A stretch of DNA of 64,000 nucleotides from Balanoglossus misakiensis (lineage: Eukaryota > Animalia > Hemichordata), in the NCBI GenBank assembly GCA_040954595.2, contig CM082595.2, forward strand, positions 1 through 64,000. The letters are read 5' to 3'. Under the pieces are notes generated by a model. The model was not told the DNA's origin, ran no database searches, and was given only the letters and a program-made list of their open reading frames with translations. Made by a program: the position numbers and the translations under genes. Positions 10,301-21,290 of this stretch are shown here, in pieces. Positions within the stretch are counted from its first letter, which is position 1; each line of letters opens with the position of its first letter.

Positions 10301-13300
10301 ACTTCCGGTCGTAACGGTGCTGTGAATCTGGGCCAAGTTGCCGGCGACTTCCGGTCGTAACGGCGCAAGAATCTGGGCCAAGTTGCCGGCGACTTCCTGT
10401 GGTAACGGCGCGGTGAATCTGGGCCAAGTTGATGGCGACTTCCGGTCGTAACGGCGTGAATCTGGGCCAAGTTGCCGGCGACTTCCGGTCGTAACGGTGC
10501 GGTGAATCTGGGCCAAGTTGCCGGCGACTTCCTGTCGTAACGGCGAGGTGAATCTTGGCCAAGTTGCCGGCGACTTCCGGTCGTAACGGCGTGAATCTGG
10601 GCCAAGTTGCCGGCGACTTCCGGTCGTAACGGCGCGGTGAATCTGGGCCAAGTTGCCGGCGACTTCCTGTCGTAACGGCGAGGTGAATCTTGGCCAAGTT
10701 GCCGGCGACTTCCGGTCGTAACGGCGTGAATCTGGGCCAAGTTGCCGGCGACTTCCGATCGTAACGGCGCGGTGAATCTGGGCCAAGTTGCCGGCGACTT
10801 CCGGTCGTAACGGCGAGGTGAATCTTGGCCATGTTGCCGGCGACTTCCGGTCGGAACGGCGCAGTGAATCCGGGCCAAGTTGCGGTGACTTCCGGTCGTA
10901 ACGGCGTGGTGAATCCAGGCCAAGTTGCCGGCGACTTCCGGTCGTAACGGCGCGGTGAATCTGGGCCAAGTTGCCGGAGACTTCCTGTGAATCCGGGCCA
11001 AGTTGCCGGCGACTTCCGGTCGTAACGGCGCGGTGAATCTGGGCCTAGTTGCCGGCAACTTCCGGTCGTAACGGCGCAAGAATCTGGGCCAAGTTGCCGG
11101 AGACTTCCTGTGAATCCAGGCCAAGTTGCCGGCGACTTCCGGTCGTAACGGCACGGTGAATCTGGGCCAAGTTGCCGGCGACTTCCGGTCGTAACGGCGC
11201 GGTGAATCTGGGCCAAGTTGCCGGCGACTTCCGGTCGTAACGGCGCAAGAATCTGGGCCAAGTTGCCGGAGACTTCCTGTGAATCCGGGCCAAGTTGCGG
11301 CGACTTCCGGTCGTAACGGTGCGGTAAATCAGGGCCAAGTTGCCGGCGACTTCCTGTCGTAACGGCGCGGTGAATCTGGGCCAAGTTGATGGCGACTTCC
11401 GGTCGTAACCGCGTGAATCTTGGCCAAGTTGCCGCCGACTTCCGGTCGTAACGGCGAGTTGAATCTTGGCCAAGTTGCCGGCGACTTCCGGTCGGAACGG
11501 CGCAGTGAATCCGGGCCAAGTTGCGGCGACTTCCGGTCGTAAAGGCGTGGTGAATCTGGGCCAAGTTGCCGGCGACTTCCTGTCGTAACGGCGCGGTGAA
11601 TCTGGGCCAAGTTGCCGGCGACTTCCTGTGGTAACGGCGCGGTGAATCTGGGCCAAGTTGATGGCGACTTCCGGTCGTAACGGCGCAGTGAATCCGGGCC
11701 AAGTTGCGGCGACTTCCTGTCGTAACGGCGTGGTGAATCCAGGCCAAGTTGCCGGCGACTTCCGGTCGTAACGGCGCGGTGAATCTGGGCCAAGTTGCCG
11801 GAGACTTCCTGTCGTAACGGCGCGGTGAATCTGGGCCAAGTTGCCGGCGACTTCCTGTGGTAACGGCGCGGTGAATCTGGGCCAAGTTGATGGCGACTTC
11901 CGGTCGTAACGGCGCAGTGAATCCGGGCCAAGTTGCGGCGACTTCCTGTCGTAACGGCGCGGTGAATCTGGGCCAAGTTGCCGGAGACTTCCTGTGAACC
12001 CGGGCCAAGTTGCCGGCGACTTCCGGTCGTAACGGCGCGGTGAATCTGGGCCTAGTTGCCGGCAACTTCCGGTCGTAACGGCGCAAGAATCTGGGCCAAG
12101 TTGCCGGAGACTTCCTGTGAATCCAGGCCAAGTTGCCGGCGACTTCCGGTCGTAACGGCACGGTGAATCTGGGCCAAGTTGCCGGCGACTTCCGGTCGTA
12201 ACGGCGCGGTGAATCTGGTCCAAGTTGCCGGCGACTTCCGGTCGTAAAGGCGCAAGAATCTGGGCCAAGTTGCCGGAGACTTCCTGTGAATCCGGGCCAA
12301 GTTGCGGCGACTTCCGGTCGTAACGGTGCGGTAAATCAGGGCCAAGTTGCCGGCGACTTCCGGTGGTAACGGCGCGGTGATTCTGGGCCAAGTTGCCGGC
12401 GACTTCCGGTGGTAACGGCGCGGTGAATCTGGGCCAAGTTGCCGGCGACTTCCGGTCGTAACGGCGCGGTGAATCTGGGCCAAGTTGCCGGCGACTTCCG
12501 GTCGTAAAGGCGCAAGAATCTGGGCCAAGTTGCCGGAGACTTCCTGTGAATCCGGGCCAAGTTGCGGCGACTTCCGGTCGTAACGGCGCTGTGAATCTGG
12601 GCCAAGTTGCCGGCGACTTCCGGTCGTAACGGCGCAAGAATCTGGGCCAAGTTGCCGGCGACTTCCTGTGGTAACGGCGCGGTGAATCTGGGCCAAGTTG
12701 ATGGCGACTTCCGGTCGTAACGGCGTGAATCTGGGCCAAGTTGCCGGCGACTTCCGGTCGTAACGGTGCGGTGAATCTGGGCCAAGTTGCCGGCGACTTC
12801 CTGTCGTAACGGCGAGGTGAATCTTGGCCAAGTTGCCGGCGACTTCCGGTCGTAACGGCGTGAATCTGGGCCAAGTTGCCGGCGACTTCCGGTCGTAACG
12901 GCGCGGTGAATCTGGGCCAAGTTGCCGGCGACTTCCTGTCGTAACGGCGAGGTGAATCTTGGCCAAGTTGCCGGCGACTTCCGGTCGTAACGGCGTGAAT
13001 CTGGGCCAAGTTGCCGGCGACTTCCGATCGTAACGGCGCGGTGAATCTGGGCCAAGTTGCCGGCGACTTCCGGTCGTAACGGCGAGGTGAATCTTGGCCA
13101 TGTTGCCGGCGACTTCCGGTCGGAACGGCGCAGTGAATCCGGGCCAAGTTGCGGTGACTTCCGGTCGTAACGGCGTGGTGAATCCAGGCCAAGTTGCCGG
13201 CGACTTCCGGTCGTAACGGCGCGGTGAATCTGGGCCAAGTTGCCGGAGACTTCCTGTGAATCCGGGCCAAGTTGCCGGCGACTTCCGGTCGTAACGGCGC

Positions 13301-16300
13301 GGTGAATCTGGGCCTAGTTGCCGGCAACTTCCGGTCGTAACGGCGCAAGAATCTGGGCCAAGTTGCCGGAGACTTCCTGTGAATCCAGGCCAAGTTGCCG
13401 GCGACTTCCGGTCGTAACGGCACGGTGAATCTGGGCCAAGTTGCCGGCGACTTCCGGTCGTAACGGCGCGGTGAATCTGGGCCAAGTTGCCGGCGACTTC
13501 CGGTCGTAACGGCGCAAGAATCTGGGCCAAGTTGCCGGAGACTTCCTGTGAATCCGGGCCAAGTTGCGGCGACTTCCGGTCGTAACGGTGCGGTAAATCA
13601 GGGCCAAGTTGCCGGCGACTTCCTGTCGTAACGGCGCGGTGAATCTGGGCCAAGTTGATGGCGACTTCCGGTCGTAACCGCGTGAATCTTGGCCAAGTTG
13701 CCGCCGACTTCCGGTCGTAACGGCGAGTTGAATCTTGGCCAAGTTGCCGGCGACTTCCGGTCGGAACGGCGCAGTGAATCCGGGCCAAGTTGCGGCGACT
13801 TCCGGTCGTAAAGGCGTGGTGAATCTGGGCCAAGTTGCCGGCGACTTCCTGTCGTAACGGCGCGGTGAATCTGGGCCAAGTTGCCGGCGACTTCCTGTGG
13901 TAACGGCGCGGTGAATCTGGGCCAAGTTGATGGCGACTTCCGGTCGTAACGGCGCAGTGAATCCGGGCCAAGTTGCGGCGACTTCCTGTCGTAACGGCGT
14001 GGTGAATCCAGGCCAAGTTGCCGGCGACTTCCGGTCGTAACGGCGCGGTGAATCTGGGCCAAGTTGCCGGAGACTTCCTGTCGTAACGGCGCGGTGAATC
14101 TGGGCCAAGTTGCCGGCGACTTCCTGTGGTAACGGCGCGGTGAATCTGGGCCAAGTTGATGGCGACTTCCGGTCGTAACGGCGCAGTGAATCCGGGCCAA
14201 GTTGCGGCGACTTCCTGTCGTAACGGCGCGGTGAATCTGGGCCAAGTTGCCGGAGACTTCCTGTGAACCCGGGCCAAGTTGCCGGCGACTTCCGGTCGTA
14301 ACGGCGCGGTGAATCTGGGCCTAGTTGCCGGCAACTTCCGGTCGTAACGGCGCAAGAATCTGGGCCAAGTTGCCGGAGACTTCCTGTGAATCCAGGCCAA
14401 GTTGCCGGCGACTTCCGGTCGTAACGGCACGGTGAATCTGGGCCAAGTTGCCGGCGACTTCCGGTCGTAACGGCGCGGTGAATCTGGTCCAAGTTGCCGG
14501 CGACTTCCGGTCGTAAAGGCGCAAGAATCTGGGCCAAGTTGCCGGAGACTTCCTGTGAATCCGGGCCAAGTTGCGGCGACTTCCGGTCGTAACGGTGCGG
14601 TAAATCAGGGCCAAGTTGCCGGCGACTTCCGGTGGTAACGGCGCGGTGATTCTGGGCCAAGTTGCCGGCGACTTCCGGTGGTAACGGCGCGGTGAATCTG
14701 GGCCAAGTTGCCGGCGACTTCCGGTCGTAACGGCGCGGTGAATCTGGGCCAAGTTGCCGGCGACTTCCGGTCGTAAAGGCGCAAGAATCTGGGCCAAGTT
14801 GCCGGAGACTTCCTGTGAATCCGGGCCAAGTTGCGGCGACTTCCGGTCGTAACGGCGCTGTGAATCTGGGCCAAGTTGCCGGCGACTTCCGGTCGTAACG
14901 GCGCAAGAATCTGGGCCAAGTTGCCGGCGACTTCCTGTGGTAACGGCGCGGTGAATCTGGGCCAAGTTGATGGCGACTTCCGGTCGTAACGGCGTGAATC
15001 TGGGCCAAGTTGCCGGCGACTTCCGGTCGTAACGGTGCGGTGAATCTGGGCCAAGTTGCCGGCGACTTCCTGTCGTAACGGCGAGGTGAATCTTGGCCAA
15101 GTTGCCGGCGACTTCCGGTCGTAACGGCGTGAATCTGGGCCAAGTTGCCGGCGACTTCCGGTCGTAACGGCGCGGTGAATCTGGGCCAAGTTGCCGGCGA
15201 CTTCCTGTCGTAACGGCGAGGTGAATCTTGGCCAAGTTGCCGGCGACTTCCGGTCGTAACGGCGTGAATCTGGGCCAAGTTGCCGGCGACTTCCGATCGT
15301 AACGGCGCGGTGAATCTGGGCCAAGTTGCCGGCGACTTCCGGTCGTAACGGCGAGGTGAATCTTGGCCATGTTGCCGGCGACTTCCGGTCGGAACGGCGC
15401 AGTGAATCCGGGCCAAGTTGCGGTGACTTCCGGTCGTAACGGCGTGGTGAATCCAGGCCAAGTTGCCGGCGACTTCCGGTCGTAACGGTGCGGTGAATCT
15501 GGGCCAAGTTGCCGGAGACTTCCTGTGAATCCGGGCCAAGTTGCCGGCGACTTCCGGTCGTAACGGCGCGGTGAATCTGGGCCTAGTTGCCGGCAACTTC
15601 CGGTCGTAACGGCGCAAGAATCTGGGCCAAGTTGCCGGAGACTTCCTGTGAATCCAGGCCAAGTTGCCGGCGACTTCCGGTCGTAACGGCACGGTGAATC
15701 TGGGCCAAGTTGCCGGCGACTTCCGGTCGTAACGGCGCGGTGAATCTGGGCCAAGTTGCCGGCGACTTCCGGTCGTAACGGCGCAAGAATCTGGGCCAAG
15801 TTGCCGGAGACTTCCTGTGAATCCGGGCCAAGTTGCGGCGACTTCCGGTCGTAACGGTGCGGTAAATCAGGGCCAAGTTGCCGGCGACTTCCGGTGGTAA
15901 CGGCGCGGTGATTCTGGGCCAAGTTGCCGGCGACTTCCGGTGGTAACGGCGCGGTGAATCTGGGCCAAGTTGCCGGCGACTTCCGGTCGTAACGGCGCAA
16001 GAATCTGGGCCAAGTTGCCGGAGACTTCCTGTGAATCCGGGCCAAGTTGCGGCGACTTCCGGTCGTAACGGCGCTGTGAATCTGGGCCAAGTTGCCGGCG
16101 ACTTCCGGTGGTAACGGCGCGGTGAATCTGGGCCAAGTTGCCGGCGACTTCCTGTCGTAACGGCGCGGTGAATCTGGGCCAAGTTGCCGGTGACTTCCGG
16201 TCGTAACGGCGTGGTGAATCCAGGCCAAGTTGCCGGCGACTTCCGGTCGTAACGGCGCGGTGAATCTGGGCCAAGTTGCCGGAGACTTCCTGTGAATCCG

Positions 16301-17020
16301 GGCCAAGTTGCCGGCGACTTCCGGTCGTAACGGCGCGGTGAATCTGGGCCTAGTTGCCGGCAACTTCCGGTCGTAACGGCGCAAGAATCTGGGCCAAGTT
16401 GCCGGAGACTTCCTGTGAATCCAGGCCAAGTTGCCGGCGACTTCCGGTCGTAACGGCACGGTGAATCTGGGCCAAGTTGCCGGCGACTTCCGGTCGTAAC
16501 GGCGCGGTGAATCTGGGCCAAGTTGCCGGCGACTTCCGGTCGTAACGGCGCAAGAATCTGTGCCAAGTTGCCGGAGACTTCCTGTGAATCCGGGCCAAGT
16601 TGCGGCGACTTCCGGTCGTAACGGTGCGGTAAATCAGGGCCAAGTTGCCGGCGACTTCCGGTGGTAACGGCGCGGTGATTCTGGGCCAAGTTGCCGGCGA
16701 CTTCCGGTGGTAACGGCGCGGTGAATCTGGGCCAAGTTGCCGGCGACTTCCGGTCGTAACGGCGCAAGAATCTGGGCCAAGTTGCCGGAGACTTCCTGTG
16801 AATCCGGGCCAAGTTGCGGCGACTTCCGGTCGTAACGGCGCTGTGAATCTGGGCCAAGTTGCCGGCGACTTCCGGTCGTAACGGCGCAAGAATCTGGGCC
16901 AAGTTGCCGGCGACTTCCGGTGGTAACGGCGCGGTGAATCTGGGCCAAGTTGCCGGCGATTTCCTGTGGTAACGGCGCGGTGAATCTGGGCCAAGTTGAT
17001 GGCGACTTCCTGTGAATCCG
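7396..17020. repeat. 46-bp GC/CpG-rich subtelomeric satellite with higher-order repeat
   Basis: Consensus TAACGGCGCGGTGAATCTGGGCCAAGTTGCCGGCGACTTCCGGTCG; 43-45-bp and 32-bp deletion variants; roughly 210-220 units; near-identical blocks recur every 2269 bp (ORF track 9783/12052/14321 and 11045/13314/15583). Confidence 0.97.
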
Positions 17021-20000
17021 AGCAGACTGGAGGGGGACTGGAGCAGGCTGGAGGGGGGACTGGAGCAGACTGGAGGGGCACTGGAGCCGACTGGAGGGGG
17101 ACTGGAGCAGACTGGAGGGGCCCTGGATCAGACTGGAGGGGGACTGGAGCAGACTGGAGGGGGACTGGAGGGGTACTGGAGCAGACTGGAGGGGCACTGG
17201 AGCAGACTGGAGGGGGACTGGAGCAGACTGGAGGGGCACTGGAGCAGACTGGAGGGGGAGTGGAGCATGCTGGAGGGGGAGTGGAGCAGACTGAAGGGGG
17301 AGTGGAGCAGACTTGAGGGGGACTGGAGCATGCTGGAGGGGGAGTGGAGCAGACTTGAGGGGGACTGGAGCATGCTGGAGGGGGAGTGGAGCAGACTTGA
17401 GGGGGACTGGAGCATGCTGGAGGGGGAGTGGAGCAGACTGGAGGGGGACTGGAGCATGCTGGAGGGTGAGTGGAGCAGACTGGAGGGGGACTGGAGCATG
17501 CTGGAGGGGGAGTGGAGCAGACTGGAGGGGGACTGGAGCAGACTGGAGGGGGAGTGGAGCAGACTGGAGGGGGACTGGAGCAGACTGGAGGGGGAGTGGA
17601 GCAGAGTGGAGGGGGACTGGAGCAGACTGGAGGGGGACTGGAGCAGACTGGAGGGGGACTGGAGCATGCTGGAGGGGACTGGAGCTTGCTGGAGGGGGAC
17701 TGGAGCATGCTGGAGGGGGACTGGAGCAGACTGGGGGGGGACTGGAGCATGCTGGAGGGGGACTGGAGCAGACTGGAGGGGGACTGGAGCAGACTGGAGG
17801 GGGAGTGGAGCATGCTGGAAGGGGATTGGAGCAGACTGGAGGGGGAGTGGAGCATGCTGGAAGGGGACTGGAGCAGACTGGAGGGGGAGTGGAGCATGCT
17901 GGAGGGGGACTGGAGCAGACTGGAGGTTGAGTGGAGCAGACTGTAGGGGGACTGGAGCAGGCTGGAGGGGGACTGGAGCATGCTGGAGGGTGAGTGGAGC
18001 AGACTGGAGGGGGACTGGAGCATGCTGGAGGGGGAGTGGAGCAGACTGGAGGGGGACTGGAGCATGCTGGAGGGGGAGTGGAGCAGACTGGAGGGGGACT
18101 GGAGCATGCTGGAGGGGGGCTGGAGCAGACTGGAGCATGCTGGATGGGGACTGGAGAAAACTGGAGGGGGACTGGAGCAGACTGGAGGGGGACTGGAGCA
18201 GACTGTAGGGGGACTGGAGCAGACTGGAGGGGGACTGGAGCAGACTATAGGGGAACTGGAGCAGACTGTAGGGGGACTGGAGCAGGCTGGAGGGGGACTG
18301 GAGCAGACTGGAGGGTGAGTGGAGCAGACTGGAGCAGACTGGAGGGGGGACTGGAGCAGACTGGAGGGGAACTGGAGCAGACTGTAGGGGGACTGGAGCA
18401 GGCTGGAGGGGGACTGGAGCAGACTGGAGGGTGAGTGGAGCAGACTGGAGGGGGACTGGAGCATGCTGGAGGGGGACTGGAGCAGACTGGAGGGGGACTG
18501 GAGCAGACTGGAGCAGACTGGAGGGGGGACTGGAGCAGACTGGAGGGGAACTGGAGCAGACTGTAGGGGCACTGGAGCAGACTGGAGCAGACTGGAGGGG
18601 GGACTGGAGCAGACTGGAGGGGGACTGGAGCATGCTGGAGGGGGACTGGAGCAGACTGGAGGGGGACTGGAGCAGACTGGAGCAGACTGGAGGGGGGACT
18701 GGAGCAGACTGGAGGGGAACTGGAGCAGACTGTAGGGGGACTGGAGCAGGCTGGAGGGGGACTGGAGCAGACTGGAGGGGGACTGGAGCATGCTGGAGGG
18801 TGAGTGGAGCAGACTGGAGGGGGACTGGAGCATGCTGGAGGGGGACTGGAGCAGACTGGAGGGGGACTGGAGCAGACTGGAGCAGACTGGAGGGGGACTG
18901 GAGCAGACTGGAGGGGGACTGGAGCAGACTGGAGGGGCACTGGAGCAGACTGGAGGGGCACTGGAGCAGACTGGAGGGGGACTGGAGCAGACTGGAGGGT
19001 GAGTGGAGCAGACTGGAGGGGGACTGGAGCAGACTGGAGGGGGACTGGAGCAGACTGGAGCAGACTGGAGGGGGACTGGAGCAGACTGGAGGGGGACTGG
19101 AGCAGACTGGAGGGGCACTGGAGCAGACTGGAGGGGCACTGGAGCAGACTGGAGGGGCACTGGAGCAGACTGGAGGGGCACTGGAGCAGGCTGGAGGGGG
19201 ACTGGAGCAGGCTGGAGCAGACTGGAGCATGCTGGATGGGGACTGGAGCAGACTCGAGGGGGACTGGAGCATGCTGGAGGGTGAGTGGAGCAGACTGGAG
19301 GGGGACTGGAGCATGCTGGAGGGGGACTGGAGCAGACTGGAGGGGGACTGGAGCAGACTGGAGCAGACTGGAGGGGGACTGGAGCAGACTGGAGGGGGAC
19401 TGGAGCAGACTGGAGGGGCACTGGAGCAGACTGGAGGGGCACTGGAGCAGACTGGAGGGGCACTGGAGCAGACTGGAGGGGAACTGGAGCAGACTGTAGG
19501 GGCACTGGAGCATGCTGGAGGGGGACTGGAGCAGACTGGAGGGGGACTGGAGCAGACTGGAGCAGACTGGAGGGGGGACTGGAGCAGACTGGAGGGGAAC
19601 TGGAGCAGACTGTATGGGGGACTGGAGCAGGCTGGAGGGGGACTGGAGCAGACTGGAGGGTGAGTGGAGCAGACTGGAGGGGGACTGGAGCATGCTGGAG
19701 GGGGACTGGAGCAGACTGGAGGGGGACTGGAGCAGACTGGAGCAGACTGGAGGGGGGACTGGAGCAGACTGGAGGGGAACTGGAGCAGACTGTATGGGGG
19801 ACTGGAGCAGGCTGGAGGGGGACTGGAGCAGACTGGAGGGTGAGTGGAGCAGACTGGAGGGGGACTGGAGCATGCTGGAGGGGGACTGGAGCAGACTGGA
19901 GGGGCACTGGAGCATGCTGGAGGGGGACTGGAGCAGACTGGAGGGGCACTGGAGCAGACTGGAGGGGCACTGGAGCAGACTGGAGGGGCACTGGAGCAGA

Positions 20001-20411
20001 CTGGAGGGGCACTGGAGCAGGCTGGAGGGGCACTGGAGCAGGCTGGAGGGGCACTGGAGCAGACTGGAGGGGCACTGGAGCAGACTGGAGGGGCACTGGA
20101 GCAGGCTGGAGGGGCACTGGAGCAGGCTGGAGGGGCACTGGAGCAGGCTGGAGGGGCTCTGGAGCAGGCTGGAGGGGCACTGGAGCAGGCTGGAGGGGCA
20201 CTGGAGCAGGCTGGAGGGGCACTGGAGCAGACTGGAGGCGGACTGGAGCAGACTGGAGGGGGACTGGAGCAGACTGGAGGGGGACTGGAGCAGACTGGAG
20301 GGGGACTGGAGCAGACTGGAGGGGGACTGGAGCAGACTGGAGGGGGACTGGAGCAGACTGGAGGGGGACTGGCGCAGACTGGAGGGGGACTGGAGCAGGC
20401 TGGAGGGGGAC
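17021..20411. repeat. 21-bp G-rich minisatellite
   Basis: Consensus ACTGGAGCAGACTGGAGGGGG (two related 10/11-bp half-units), about 160 units with CATG, CAGG, GGGGC and GGTGAG variants. Confidence 0.97.
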
Positions 20412-21290
20412 ATACATTACATACATTCATAAATGCATACATAGAGAACAATTTTGTACCCATACAATTCCATTTATTTAATTTTCCTGACCTTCACAAT
20501 CAGGTTTTGGGAATGACAGCTAATTTAAATTGAATTACAATACAATACTTTAACATATTTTCATCTGTGAACTTTTAACTGGTGAACAAATTGGAGACCA
20601 TTATTAAACAAAGTTTCCCCGAGCCTGTTTACCATTCCAGCCAAAGTATTAGTTGTTAGTGTTAGTGTTAGGGTTAGGGTTAGTGTTAGGGTTAGAGTTA
20701 GGGTTAGGGGTAGGGTTAGGTTTAGTGTTGAAATTAACAAATGGCTGAAATGGCACAAACAATTTCATAAATTGAATCAAATTCCTTTGACTGCAAAATT
20801 CACTGAACAAAGTTTGCTCTGTGCAAACTTGTTATTCTAAGAAATACTGTATCTATGGACATTTAGGCTACAGTTAAATAATTAATATTGTGTCCTAATC
20901 TGAATCAATCTTTATCATAACACATAACCAGTGAGCTAAAGGGAACATGTAAGGAAAGTCAATGTCATAGTCCCCACTGGATCAATAGATTAAACAGCAA
21001 CATTCTCTCTTTTTGATCTTTTAGAGATTAAATTCGTTTGATACAGAATGGTGATTTTAAAAATCATTATTTTTTATGCAAGTATTCAATGTATACTTGA
21101 CAACATTCAAAGCTCAAAAAGAGAGATTGTGTCACTTTATTAGAAAACTGGACGGAAGACAATCTATAAGTTTTCTCTTCATTCTCATTATAAACTCTTA
21201 AAATGCCGACTGAAAATCTATGTCTTCTCTTTATTTTGCATTCAGACTTCATCTGCCAAGATGCAAGTATTTTATTGGGTTGCTGGTAGA
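20412..21290 (+). repeat. Diverged segmental duplicate, copy A (copy B at about 25930-27080)
   Basis: Shared anchors in the same order: CATAGAGAACAATT, TTTTCCTGACCTTCAC..TCAGGTTTTGGGAA, TCCAGCCAAAGTATTAGTTGTTA, TGGCTGAAATGGCACAAACA, TATGGACATTTAGGCTACAGTTAAATAA, ATTCTCATTATAAACTCTTAAAATGC. Confidence 0.85.
20652..20730 (+). repeat. Degenerate interstitial TTAGGG tract, inverted relative to the terminal telomere
   Basis: TTAGTGTTAGTGTTAGGGTTAGGGTTAGTGTTAGGGTTAGAGTTAGGGTTAGGGGTAGGGTTAGG. Confidence 0.85.

Noticed and set aside
7396-17020. Satellite as a CRISPR array
   Set aside because: No unique spacers, no cas genes, eukaryotic context.
7225-17239. Very long minus-strand ORFs (up to 1147 aa) of TWPRFTAPLRPEVAGN-type repeats
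   Set aside because: They overlap in all three frames and simply translate a stop-free 46-bp satellite; most begin at non-ATG codons.
16350-20533. Pro/Ser/Cys-rich and Gly/Trp-rich ORFs resembling extensin or keratin-associated proteins
   Set aside because: All six frames are open because the unit is 21 bp; no signal peptide, splice structure or non-repetitive domain.
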